This document shows positions 1 through 13,627 of a stretch of DNA of 64,000 nt, one piece after another (position 1 is the first letter of the stretch; each line of letters starts with the position of its first letter). The position numbers and the translations under genes were made by a program. The notes under the pieces are model-generated. The model did not search any database. It was given only the letters and a program-made list of their open reading frames with translations, and had not been told where the DNA came from. Source of the DNA: Bugula neritina (lineage: Eukaryota; Animalia; Bryozoa); contig OZ037767.1 in assembly GCA_964035545.1 (NCBI GenBank), forward strand, positions 29,528,628 to 29,592,627, written 5' to 3'.

Positions 1-242
1 TACTATGATCTAATAATATTTGTGCCTAACAAATTCGATTGTAATAAAATATCTTTACAAAGGGAAAGCAGAAAAGATAACCATATTGCGGTGCAAACAA
101 TCAAAATATAAAGGAAGGTATGGCCAAGTATATTCAACTTTTATCTTCACACATTATAAATAGTCCGCAAAGATAAACATTGAATAGCCAAAGAAAAATC
201 ACAATTCAAATTATTTTAGTTACAAACATTTACAAGCAACAA

Positions 243-3200
243 TCAAAGGTATTGATATTTTATTGGTTTAACTTCCGTCCAGGGGGATACCTTATCGGAC
301 TCTGGCATATAGTCTACTAGAGTCTCCAAAAAGCATTTCCTGTCAGAAATGACGAACTCTAACTCAGAAATTGGAGAGTCCAGTCCCGGGGTGTGACAAT
401 CCTCGTGAGTACACAGCAGGTCAAGTGGCAAAAGCAGAGGAGTGGGTGGAGGATTGTCGGGTGTGAACTCACAATCATTTTGATCAGAGTTGACAGCTAC
501 ACAGGAAGAAGCTGTCTGCTGCTCGGATTCAAGTTCGGGAGAAATAGAAGATGGGGTGGGCTAGAAAAGGGTGAAACAGAATGCGTGCGTTCAAGAAAAA
601 AACTACAAGCTAAGCAACAAATATTGAAAATAATACAAAGCTTTACACTCAAATTTTGGAAATTGATTGATCTTAACTTCAAATCAGAACATGAAGTGAA
701 AACAATAAATTTATAATCAAATAAATCAGATCAAATGCCTTTCTGTCAATAGAAAAGATGTATGGGTGCTGAATCAGTGAAATCTGATAAATTGGACAAG
801 TGCAGAGCGTCTTATGCTATACTATTTACAGCATGCTCTGTATTTATATTCATGCAAAAGAAGTATAGGTTCAACAAATGAAAAGAAATTTATGGAAAAT
901 AATATAACAACTTGGAAGTTCTAAAGCTAACAAATTATAGCATAATTAATTTCACAAGTTTTGAGAGAAGGCATGTGAGGGATGCTTCTGATACCATACA
1001 TCCATGTGTTCAACTAGGTGAGTAAACCAAGTATATAATAGTAAGTTATAATAATTCTGAACAACTAAAATACAAAGTACCAGCTAACGAATTAGCTTTA
1101 AACTGTTTCATCATCAATTAAAATATAGTCACATAAAGTGCTAAGTTTAGCCTTGGAGCTTACCTTGAGTTTTGTAGGCTGAGGAGGGTAGATCTGCCGT
1201 ACCAAAGTTTTAGTGGTTAAATATTCACTAATTTGCCCGTGTATGCCATACACAGAGTATTTTGAAGCTGATTCTTTCATTTGATCATCTTCATCCTGCA
1301 TACACATAATAAGGAATATTTAATAATAACAATACAATCAACAATCAAGTCTATTGTTGTACGTATTTTACTCGATTTACTATTTTATAAAGATGTATTA
1401 TTATGTAAAAATAGATATGCTTGTATTATGTAAAACTAGGCACTATAAAAAGCTCATAAACTTTACAACTCAAATAGGCATTGAGACATGTGTCAAGTTG
1501 TCAAGTCATTCTACTTGAGTTCATTTTGTAAAGTTACTTTTACATTTTCTGAGAGTTTTCTCATCCTACATATTATATTATAATATATTATATGTTTCTA
1601 GCTCCAAATGCAGAGAGAAGTGTTTGTAGTTTAAATTCAACGAGTGTTAAACTTTTCTAATGAAAACATATTCTAGGCAGACAATAAAGAGATTTTTAAA
1701 TCTCTTCTCATTTATTGTGTATTATATACTAAGGACAATTTTTCTATAATCCTCACTTCATTTTCATTGAAAGAGTCAAGATAGAGTGTCAGCTCTTTGC
1801 TGTTGTCTACAATTTCAATAGTCTGTGTGCTGCCTGATGATTGGCTGATGTCATGTGAAACTGATGCCGGTTTGTCATCTTGCAGCTCATTGGCTGGAGA
1901 GAAATAATGACATTCTTCCACTTCCTCAGCGAATTTCACTTCCTAATACAAATTATTTTGAAATACACAGTAATTACACCGGAATCTTATCATTTCCTAT
2001 GTAATGAAATAGTAGAAGTAAAAGATTTCTCGCATTACAATATGCTAAATTAATATACATTTGTAAGGAAAACCTGGAAGTAGCTATCTGATGAAAGAAA
2101 TTCTTTTTTTATTATTCATAAATTTTAATATAAATTCGAGCTTTTATATCTGTCATTTCATAAAATTGAGTGGCTGAGATTGAATTCAGCTGTGTACATT
2201 AGTAGTTTAAACATGATATAAAAGTTTACAAATGATTTAATTATAGTTTACTCGAAACTCAAAAAGTGTTGTTTAATCTGAGGCATTATTTTATTAGTTG
2301 CCAAAAAGAGGTGCTCCAACCTTGTTCAAAACTTCTACGGATCTTGGAGAGCTGATTGGCTGATCCCAGTCACATGACTTATCAAGGTCATTCAAACTGT
2401 AAGAATGTCTGAGCATGTTACAAGCATCGTTTATCATGGACTCCAAGGAGAGAAATCCGACTGGAAACATAACATAAAACATATTTTACACAAAACTGTC
2501 AAAAAAATTTACTTCAAATCACATTGAACTATACATATAGTCAGAAGGCACACCATCACACATCCACAAGCATTTATGTTATAATCACACAGATGATAAG
2601 TAAATAGGTCACAATTATATAGGTCACAAGTAAATAGGTCACAGTTACATATAGCTCACAAGTACATATAGGTCACAGCCATATGTAGATTACAAGAATT
2701 ATTTAGGTCACAAGTATCTAGGTCGCAGGTATTCAGAACCGTTACCTGTAATAAAAGTACTGTGTGCATCTAGAACATTCTGCTGGTGAGTTTCTTTCTG
2801 GGGAAGTCTTTTCACAGACTGACTCTGCCGAAGATCAGGTTTTATTGTAGGTCTATTAATATGTTCTTTTGAAAGTTCAATTGTTGCTTTATTAGTGTTT
2901 TCTTCATTAGTAGCTTTTGAGCCACTGGATTTAGTAGTTAGAGGTTTAGAATGTGACACAGTCGTTAACTGAGGAGAGTGACTCATAGACTGAGATGAGT
3001 CATTGAGTGACTGAGGCACAGAGTCACATGTTAGGCCTTTTGCTGATTGTTGCAATGAAGAAACTTGAATATTTTCTTGAAGACCTAACTTGGCTTGATT
3101 TATGGTTCCCCCTGATTGATTGTGATGCTAAAAAACAAATCTGAGTTTTTATCAAAATCGAAAACAGTTAAAATAACATTAAATACAAGCAAAGGTTGCT

Positions 3201-6200
3201 TTAAAAACCTACAAAGCTTAAAAAGAAATAAAACATGTAAATACACAATTTTGTTGTTTTCTTACACTTATTAATACAAATAACATATTATATATTATCT
3301 ATGTACCAAAAATAATTTATCATTAAAATTTCAGCAAACAGGAAAGACAAACTACAGTGAAATTGTCTTTCCATGTATAAATGCCAATCTATCAATGAAA
3401 CCTACTGTTTCAGGAGTAGAGTTCTTAGTTTGAGAATTGTTTACAGTTGCCGTGACGTTATGTAATGGTTGTGAATTCCGATCATTCCTGTGTTTATCAT
3501 CGCTATTATCATCATCTTTATCTGAGTTATTTGTCTCCATAAACTTTCGGCAACCTTTAACAGTAAACAGAAGGTGCAACATAATTCATTTAACAGTCAC
3601 TTCACATTCACAGCAACAAATAACTTTACAAAAATAGTTTAATTTACAAACATCAAATTATTTGAATTTTACATCAACACAGTAGCACTATATCAAAACA
3701 GTTAACGAATATAGATTGCATATAATTAAAAATTGACACAAATTCTCAAAGCAAACTGCTGCATTGACTTCTATGCTTGTTATAGTAATAGAACAAAATC
3801 AAACCCTTTGCATACCCACTTCAAGTTAAAAGTGAATAAGTGATGCAAAGAATACAAGTATTGCCATAGCCCAAACACTAAAACATGTTAATATAAACAC
3901 TGACAGGAGAGGTAACTCACCCCCAGCAGGTTTACTTCCTGGCTTATGTTGGACTTGAGGTAGCGATTGTTTAGACTGAACTTCAGAGTTAGCATCAGTA
4001 AGAAACACCGTGCCTTTAGCAGCGTCACCTGCACATAGCAATGAACTCAGAAACTGCAGGGGAGACAATTCTACATCTGTACTATTTTCAGTGAAAGAGT
4101 TACGATGAGAAAAGATTTCAACTTGCCCAACATCAATTTATTGAAGTAGCAAGTGAGTTTCAAAGCACATTCACTCCACTCAAGACATTTATCTTGTATT
4201 AAAAATTCTACTGATAAGACAGTATTGTCAAGAAATGGATGAATATCTGTAGAAGACATAAGTCAAAGTCATACTGAATATGCGGCGATTCAAATTACTG
4301 CAAAACAGTTCTTACCCATGTAATACGCTGCCCTAGCTAATACATTATAATCAACCAGTATGTGCTAATTAAATGTGTCAAAACTTTTATTCATCATAGG
4401 AAGTGAATTTATTTTATTCAGGTACATACAGTAATAAAAAAATTTCAATAGCCCAAATTTTTTAATTTAATAATTCTTTTGGTTCGACACACATGTAGAA
4501 ATTCCCATGAAAACACAACTTCTTCTGTTATTTTTTTCTTCTGGAACACAGGCTTTCTTAATTCGTCTATTACTGCAATTACCTCAATAACTCAGACATA
4601 TGTTTATAGGTGAAAGGAATACAACAGCCACACGTGAACAAGCAGTGTTACCATGGTTACCACTCACCAGGATCTTGATTGGCTGAAGCAGATTTAGCAG
4701 ATGCAGAAGACTTCTGTCTGATGGTAACTGCAGAGACACTGCGTGCTATAGTCTCTTGCTCAGTTTGACTGGCTGTTAATACAAGCAGTGTGTAGTTAGT
4801 ACTGCTAGTGCACAGAGGGTGACATAATATGTGTGTGCGAATCACGTGCATGCGTAGGTAAGTGCAAACTGCATACATGTGTAGGTATGTGCTAACAGTG
4901 CAATGTGCAGTGCATAAATTTTTCTGTAACAACAATATTTAATATTACGTGTGCGTGTGTGCGCGTTTATGTGGGGAAGGGGTTGTGTGGGGGGAGGGGG
5001 GCGTGTGGGGTAAGGGGTTGTGTGGGGTGTTCAAACTAGAAAAAGGAGTCATGGTTATGTTAATTTTAGTTTATATATAAACTCACCATCAGACTGTGCA
5101 GCAGAATCTGCTCTGAATTCTCCGCCAGTCATATTAGTTTGACCTTGACCTCCCTTGCATAGTTTGTCAAGTTGTGTCACTGAAAGTACAATGATATAAA
5201 AACTAACATGTCACTATTCAAAAAACTCAAACTCGAAATGCAACTGTATTTACAATGTTACCAGACTTGGAGTTAAAAAAAGAGAAGGGATGGTCTGATG
5301 TCATAAACATTGCAGCAACCAGGAAGCTGTGCATATACTGGGTGAACGCTCGTTAATAAGTGGATATTTACAGGTAATCAAAACAAAAGTAGGTTTATTT
5401 CATAGAAATGTAGGTTATACCTTATTGATACACATTGCTAGACATTCACAACTAATGTAATTTACACACTATATTCTGTCAATTGCCTTAGGAACTCTAT
5501 GCAATACATACTGCTAGAGTAAACAATACATACTGCTAGAGTAAGCAATACATACTGTTAGAGTAAGCAATACATACTGCTAGAGTAAGCAATACATATT
5601 GCTAGAACAATTAGCAATACATACTGCTAGAACAAGCAATACATACTGCTAGAACAATTAGCAATACATACTGCTAGAACAATTAGCAATACATACTGCT
5701 AGAGTAAGCAATACATACTGCTAGAACAAGCAATACATACTGCTAGAGTAAACAATACATACTGCTAGAGTAAGCAATACATACTGCTAGAACAATTAGC
5801 AATACATACTGCTAGAACAATTAGCAATACATACTGCTAGAGTAAGCAATACATACTGCTAGAGTAAGCAATACATACTGCTAGAGTAAGCAATACATAC
5901 TGCTAGAGTAAGCAATACATACTGCTAGAGTAAGCAATACATACTGCTAGAGTAAGCAATACATACTGCTAGAGTAAGCAATACATACTGCTAGAACAAG
6001 CAATACATACTGCTAGAGTAAGCAATACATACTGCTAGAGTAAGCAATACATACTGCTAGAGTAAGCAATACATACTGCTAGAGTAAGGGGAAGGGGTTG
6101 GCTCTCTATTGGTTGGTGTTTTACGTTCTGTTGCTAGTGTATTCTTAGGTTGGCTAACCGACTTGCGTTTGGAGTTTGCTGTGGGCGTGGCTTTTGAGCT

Positions 6201-9200
6201 CGGACGTCTGAATGAAATCACGATAAATACAATTAAATAGAAAAATTCTAAAAATTTATGCTGTGATAGTAAAAAACAGAAACAAAAATTGAAATTTTGG
6301 AGCAATAATACATAGACCTCTGGTATACAGGGGCTAAATGAGATTGATTGAAGCAAGCATGTGTCTGTTTCAATAGACAATTGATTGTAAAAAAACAAGC
6401 TGGTGTAATTGAGATGAGAATATTAAGGGGTGAAGAAGGAAAGGTATTGGTAAGTACCAAAACAAGTAAGATTGAGAGAAGACTTTAGATGTGAGCAAGG
6501 ACGACCAGCAGTAGAAAATGTTGCCTTTGAATAATCTCTGCAGATTATCTTTTCACAACTTGCATGACTCATCTGCTTGCTTGTGGTTTGAAGCTGTAAA
6601 CTCTGAGGCTTCAGTGTTTTGGTATGAAATGCAACCGACCTTCCTTCCAGACATGAAGTTCTTTGAAACTTTAGAGTTTTCGGTTTCACGGAATGCTGGC
6701 TGTGATACAAAATGGATGATGGGGTAACGTTCCTTGCCTTTTCAGATTGCTTGAACTTCAGCTCAACATTACTGTCAGTTGCATTGCTGATATCTACAGT
6801 CTGAGAATGTTTTTTAGTGTTTTCATTATGGCTGCTAATAGTCTTTATTGCATCCACTGTCAGTGATGTAACTTTCCTCGAATCCAGTCCATCGGCAAGA
6901 CTAGAAGGACGTTCAGCTAATGAACATTCGGGAGTTTTTTGAGAGACTTCATGTGAAGGGCAAGGCAGCATCTCAGCTTCGTCAGAGTGGTTACTAAAAT
7001 TCTGTGTCAGCTGAGTTAATACACTGTCGTCTGCAAGTTTGTCTATTAGTACTTCATGCATAGTATCGCTGCTATCCGATGCAATGACATAATCAGCAAA
7101 CCCTAATGAACTTTGTGCCTGCTTAGCAACTAACCTGTCATCTGATATACTTCTTATATGTTCTATTATAGCATCTGAAAGTTTAGTACTTTTAAGCAAA
7201 CCTCCAACTTGAATATTTTTAAAGCTATCATCACATTGGACGGACATTGCATGAGTTTCTGGTATTGTGAGCAAACTGCTACTCGGAGTTACATAATCTA
7301 CCTCGTTGAAATAAGGGTAAGGTAAAAAAATGGTTCTCTTAGGCTGAATTACTTCTGAAATGGTTGAATCAGAACTACTAGAAGGTAAGTTGGTAGTTAC
7401 TTTTCTTGCTCGTCTAGTTTTAGCGTCAAGATGTCGAGGTAATTTATCTCTACATAAACTTAGCAAATAGTTGGGTGACATGTGAAATGGAGCAGAAATA
7501 GAGGCACTTTCACTGTTAGAGGCTGACGCAATGTAACCCAAACCAGAAACAACATCAGACAGCGACATCGCACTTTGTCTGGTAGATGGTTGCCGGATTT
7601 CATTTGAGAGGAAATGACTCAGTTGAACTAATCTAATATATCCAGAATATATCGTCTTAAGAAACTTTTTAGTTTGGACATGCTTTCTCAAGTTTGCATT
7701 ATGTTTCTTGCGCAACATTGTTGGTTCGAGATAAAATAGATCAGAGTAGTTAAGCTGAGATGTTTTAAATATAACTTGAAAATCCATGAGTTTCTTCTCC
7801 TTGGTGTTATGTTTATTGGAACTCTTACTTTGAACTAGTAAACTACTTGTAGTTGTATCAGCGGTTGGTTCATTTTTATTCATGCTGTGTTTGCTTTCTA
7901 ATTTGTTTTGAGGAAAAACAGGCATGGAGGTTGGATATTGAAACTTGAGAGATGTATTAGCAACCTGGTTTGGTAAGGCATTGTATAAATTGTCATTTAA
8001 TTTAGCTTTCTGTGCCGTTTCAAAAGCCTTTGCTCGGACCTTCATCTGAAGGGAATTTTTATTATTCAGGTGCAAACTTTCAGATTTGAAAGACCCTCTA
8101 CTTGATATTGAAGGCAAGTCAATGGGTTTGGTATTGAAATAGTATGAAGATAGAGATCTGTGATAGAAAAACAATCTCTAGTTCACATATAAATAAATTT
8201 TGCTTAACATTTTTAACTAGCAATATAAGTACAACATACTTCTTTATCTTAGTGACATATAACACTACTGAACTAACAATGTGCACAATAATTATATTAT
8301 GACAAATAATATAATGAATCAAGTTTTTGAAAATTTAATAACTTGAGACATTTCCAAAATATTGTACCAATTAAAATATAATTGCTATTTGCAACTGATA
8401 GTATACCCCAGTGTGTTTGTTCACATAAGAAACGAGTAGAAGGAGTGAGATATAGGAGTAACTGAAGTAATCAGGAGGTTGAAGAAAGATGCTACTACCT
8501 CTGTCTTATAACAAAGATAATATCGCAGCAGTAGACCTATGAGTCATAAACTAAGAACTGGTGAGTCATAAACTACAGGCAAATGAGTCATAGGTTACCA
8601 ACGCATACTAGTGAAACATAAAGTTCAACTACTATCACTGAGAAAATGAATGAATTGGGAAAAGCAAGAAATTACTAACTACGTACTCTACAAGCTCATA
8701 GAAAAGACAAAATATGACGTACTCAAAGCACGACATGCAATATAGAAACTTTATCTAATCTAATAACTAACGTAACTCACCCATCATCCTCAATAGGACT
8801 GCCAACACAAAAACACAAGACTAAATAAAAACATCTGAAGTCACATTTACCAAACAAGGTAGAATAATAATGTAAATCTAGTGCAAACTCAATAACGAAC
8901 TATTTTGTTAGAGTTCAAACTGCAAAGCATACCTGGAGCCGTAGTTTGCTGACGACATATCTTTGATGGCAGCATTCTTCTTAATCATGTCATCGAGTTT
9001 CTTCTGTTGCTTAACTTTCATCGGACTCGGGCCAAGTCTACGATCATCTGAAAATATTCTCAACAAATGTATAATCATGAGAAACTGTAGTTAGTGTTAT
9101 AAATGATTAAGTAAAATATTACTTTAAGAGAAATTCATGACAGAACTAAATATTAAAGTACACGTTATAATGTAGAAATCTGCTCATAGTTGAATGACAA

Positions 9201-12200
9201 CTGACCAGCTTGAATTCCCTGACACTGACTAATGCCTGGTCCTTGTATATTCACTGTATTTAGAGGCCTCAGTCTAGCTTTTAACAACTTAGGCTGTCGA
9301 AACTGGGTGAATTTTGGAGTTTTCTCCCTTTTGTTTATGAATTTACCAACTTCCATGGTTGCCAATATAGTTGCGTGCTTTAGATCTTCACTTGGAGACA
9401 AAGGTCTTCTCTGTAAATACAAACAAACAATATTAATGAAATTCTATCTTATGATCAGATTCCTTAAGCACAGTGAACCCTACCCTCTATATCAGTAGAT
9501 TTAAACTGAAACTGAGAGGATAACTCCAAGTAATACACCCTCTCGCTATACCCCTGCATGAAAATTAAGCATTGAAATATATTCCTAAAGTTTGGCATAA
9601 AAGCACAAATGGATGTGAATCATTTAAATACTGAAAACTTTAGATTTTAAAGTGTTGTGCCATTTCAAACATAATAAAAAAAAGTTTGTAGACTTATAGA
9701 GAGTAGTGTATGTCTAGTAATCACTGAGGAATAGTAGGCTGTAACAACATAGCCTGTGGATTAGTTACACATGTAGTTGACAAAGAAAAGACATAAGCAT
9801 GATATATGTATGAGATTTTGGCTCAAAGAGTTACAAGTACATACAGTGTAGATGGTAAATCATGTGGTGACAGTTGAAACAGAAAAGATGTGTAAAAACA
9901 CAGAAACTTTGTAAATATTGCTAAACAAAGTACTGTGAGAAGCAAGATCAGTGTTGTTACACAGAGAAACATATACATACTACCACATGAACAAACAGAG
10001 AAGTTTACAAACATTGAACAGAATAGACAGTAGTGAGTGGTTCACAATATACTGTGTAAGAAATACACATAGACTCAGTGAGTAGAGAATCAGTTATACT
10101 GTACCATCAGCATCTCAGGAGGAACTATCCAGTCTGTCTGAATGCAAAGTGAATTATTTTAGAGTAATTTCACAACAATTTTGGTTTGTCTGTTTTTTAA
10201 ATAACAATAAATTGATTTTTATTTTTATTTTTAGAAGCAATAATAATTACTAATGCCATTATGTACTGCTACTGCACATTAAATATAATTTTGCTATAAT
10301 TCACAATGAGTTGCTTTAGTCTGAAAAGTTACAATTTTGTAACTTCCTAATATCATGCAATAATTATTGTCGTAGAAGAAAGGCAAATCCAAGAGACATC
10401 ATGAAATCAATATAATAGCTTCTGCTAAAAATAACTTTAACAGGATCTTAGTTTTTTGCTGTTACGGAAAAGAAAAAAATACATTCAATTCAGAAACAAC
10501 ATTCTGCAACTTAACCAGGTAGAAGTCTGTTTAAAATCAGTTCAACCAATCAGGATCCGATGTCAGTATAAAAACATAACGACAGGTTCTGACAACTTAC
10601 AAAAATCAAACTTTAAAGTTACTAGCTTATCTTTGACTTACTCAGAGTGCAGTAATATAAAATATAATTTAATTAACTTAAAGCTGCACAATAAAATTTG
10701 ATAAAAATTCCAAGCTGAAATCAAAAAATAAGAAGCAAGTTCTATCACACATATCGTATAAACTCATAGCCTAACGTAAAGTAGGAAGGGGCAGCGAGCA
10801 CACGCCACAAACATGCAGTTTACTCACTGGTTCTGATTCAAGGCTACACCTAGATGGCGTAGTCTGCAAGCTAGCCTGAAATTCCTCCATTGTGTTTAGT
10901 CTATGCTGTTGGGGGTTAGCAAGCGGCTAGAATTCAACATCACATTAGTCAGCACATATTACGTGCAAAACACAGGTTAAAGTTAGTAACTGAAGATGAA
11001 TACCAAAATAAAATAATGAGGTTATTGAAATGTTAGACATTAAAACTCAGTTAATTTGGTGTTTCACAACTATAATTAATCTGACTATAGAATAGAAGAT
11101 TACCAAAATATTAATAAATTAGTAAAGGAATCTTCAAACATAATAAATAACAAAATGGGAGGAAAATAGCTAAAACTAATAGTTTTAAAAACTTACTGTG
11201 TACGGGTCATTCCTAAAACTGTGGGAAGTATCTTGCTTAAAGGGGTGTAGCACATAGTTGTTGTCTTTAAGGGGGAGAACAGGAGGTGGAGCTACAGGTA
11301 AAGGAGTGTATGCAGCAGAAGACCAGGCTGAATTCCGTCCCTTACTACTGTAATTCAAAGTGATAACAACAGTTAACAAAAAACACAGAAAGATGACTGC
11401 TTGGGTTTCACAATGCATAAAAAGAAATTTCCTGTAGTTAAATAAACCATTTAATAACTAATTTCCATAAAAGCCATACAGCTTGTAAAACAATCGCATT
11501 ACTTTATACTCATTAGCTAAGGTGATTGACTAAAGCTGATTTTAAGCAAACTGTCCTTTCTTTCTACAGAATAAAATGAGAATTTTTATAGAATTGACCA
11601 TTTCACAAGGTAGTTAAACGCAGACATGAATAAAATATTCTCAGTGAGATGAAAAACTGCCATGGTAGCCTACCTAGCCCCTCGACTGAGTCTTGACTTA
11701 TTTCTGTTGTTAGCAGGTGCGCTGTGCATGCCTGTATGTTTCTGTGTATGCTGCTGTGTGTACTTCCTTGTGCTAGCAGACGCAGCCTGCCTGTTGAGAT
11801 TTTGTACTGGTGCTGTAACTATACGCAAAGTGATGATGTCATTAAAATGTAACAATTAAATAGCAGAAATATTTTCTTGAATTAGAAACTAAAGCAATGA
11901 TTGATATAAATAACTCAACACATTATACAAATGACTTCATGTTTAAATTTACATTATTAATTATCAAAATTAAAATTACTGCAACACTCAAATCAAAATT
12001 ATTTTATTATAAAATTATGCTTCATAGTATTAATAAAATAATATGCTTTATATTATTAGTAATAAATGATACTTTAAATTTCAATCTACTTCATATTTGC
12101 AATATATTTTTTGATAAAATTTAACCTAGACTGTGATAGGTGGTATAGCAATGCTATAGTTGAAGCAGTATAAGAGTGCACAGAATACATAGACTGAGGT

Positions 12201-13183
12201 CTTTAACCTCACCTGGTTGTGCGGGTCGACCAACATACTCCGCAGTCTCAGGTTTAGTTTCACCAATAGTGAGAAAAGCTTTTGGCTAAAATATTACATC
12301 ATTTCTGCACAAAAGTGTGTATGTTTCGAGTTTTATAAATAGCAATATGATCCACATGATGACTATGTGTGTTGAACAAATTAGTATGCAAATGTACTGA
12401 TACTGTAATACTTATACAGGTTTCCTCAGTAAAAGATTGCTCATTGACCATGCCATAGATAGAATTTTAATTTTTAGCATTCATAAAATATAAACTCTTT
12501 GATTTAGCTGCTTACATAATCTAGGCTTAGATAGCTGTTATTAGTCAGCTCAAATATCTTTAAAGCTGCCATTGCAAAATAAGTAAATACAGGACTACAG
12601 TAAAAACTGTCATTAAAAACAAACCAACTAAAATTATAGCTTGTAGTACAGACCTCAATGCCCTTCCTAGGAGCTGCCCTGGAGTGCTCTTCCCTGTAGA
12701 TTACATCAGTAGGCTTTAGAGTGATGGTCGGCTGAAAAGATTTATAGTGCTTTTGAGTAGCAGATGCATTAGCAAAAGGATTGAGATTGGCTGAATCAAG
12801 GTCATAGTCTTCCAAGTCGCCCTCTGTACCTCCTATACAAAGTCAATAGAAAAGATAATTCTAAAACAGCTTAAACAGATTTGTGGAGTGTGATTATTCA
12901 CATTGAAACTAGGTTTGTCATCTAAATATGAGACAAAGATTATGAATAGGAAAATTTTTAACTCTGCAGTTGCTAGACTAAGATTCCAAGAATTACTTTA
13001 AAGCAATCAGTAGTTTGAGTTATAGATGCAATAAGTTATGTGATTTCAGATTAAATAAGAAGACTTTACAATATAACTTCTAATGCTAATAGTAATAGTT
13101 TAATACTAATAGTAATAATAGTTACCTGCACTAGATATATCGTCTAAAGGAGGTGGAATGTCATCTTCTAACGTGTAGTCCAT
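243..13183 (-). CDS. Uncharacterised, largely disordered Ser/Thr/Gln-rich protein (~930 aa, 20 coding exons); carries a candidate PP1-docking RVxF motif
   Basis: Phase-consistent GT-AG exon chain from ATG 13183 (MDYTLEDDIPPPLDD). Exons ~13126-13183, 12654-12832, 12213-12285, 11674-11817, 11216-11348, 10828-10927, 10105-10137, 9206-9410, 8933-9047, 8781-8798, 6077-6207, 5087-5179, 4668-4772, 3921-4028, 3406-3554, 2746-3127, 2321-2460, 1756-1942, 1164-1295, 243-560 (stop at 243-245). A 5'UTR intron is predicted at 13198-13551. No family recognised. Confidence 0.75.
2603..2730. repeat. Degenerate ~15-18 bp tandem repeat (ataggtcacaagt core), intronic, next to the donor at 2745
   Basis: Repeated ggtcaca/ataggtcac units visible from 2603 to 2730. 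Confidence 0.7.
4647..4660. promoter_or_regulatory. Intronic RFX X-box-like palindrome GTTACCATGGTTAC
   Basis: One mismatch from the perfect palindrome GTTACCATGGTAAC; a few nt into the intron after the donor at 4667. Confidence 0.4.
5501..6087. repeat. 22-bp minisatellite (gcaatacatactgctagagtaa, ~26 copies with 20/24-bp variants) overlapping an exon/intron junction of gene 1
   Basis: Direct reading. The minus-strand unit is TTACTCTAGCA|GTATGTATTGC, i.e. the last 11 nt of exon 6077-6207 plus the first 11 nt of the intron. Confidence 0.95.
6423..8157 (-). CDS. Large alternative terminal coding exon of gene 1 (~577 aa, Ser/Lys/Thr-rich)
   Basis: 583-codon open frame in AT-rich DNA. Acceptor tttttctatcacag|A at 8157 is phase 2, in frame with the 8781-8798 microexon; ends in a stop at 6423. 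The next exon (6207) also has a phase-2 acceptor, so this exon can be skipped in frame. Confidence 0.65.
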
Positions 13184-13551
13184 TGCTTTAGTATATTCTA
13201 AAAAAAAGTACACTAATTTAAATCACAATCTTAGTAGTACTTATACTAGTACGGTCTACTAGTAGTATCACTAGTACTAGTAGTAATACACTAATAGTCG
13301 TCGTGCTTGTACTCAACACTATCATTATCATTATGATTATCACGATGATTGAAGTTGACTTTAAAACTGAAAGTAAGAGTTAGTATACCAGTAACTAAAA
13401 ATAAAAAAAATTATTATTACACTTGCGTAAGCGCGTGAGGAGATAATGAAACCATAATTATTATAATTATATTTATAATAATAATATTTTGCTCTTTTAC
13501 GTATTTGCGAAATTTGCAATTGAATTGAGCATGCCTTGACAGGTAACTAAC

Positions 13552-13627
13552 CTGTTGTTTATATTTCCGGCGAAAAGATTCATGCCGAACGCTTGCGCTT
13601 TTCGATATCCGTTCTTGTGTACCAGAG
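13552..13627. promoter_or_regulatory. Probable very compact bidirectional promoter / first exons of gene 1 (minus) and the ankyrin-C2 gene (plus)
   Basis: Minus-strand donor CAG|GTTAGT at 13552/13551 and plus-strand donor GAG|GTATGT at 13627/13628 flank a CpG-rich patch in otherwise CpG-poor DNA. Confidence 0.5.

Noticed and set aside
5501-6087. CRISPR-like array (also 32454-32912 and 41844-42205)
   Set aside because: No unique spacers, eukaryotic intron context, no cas genes; plain tandem repeats
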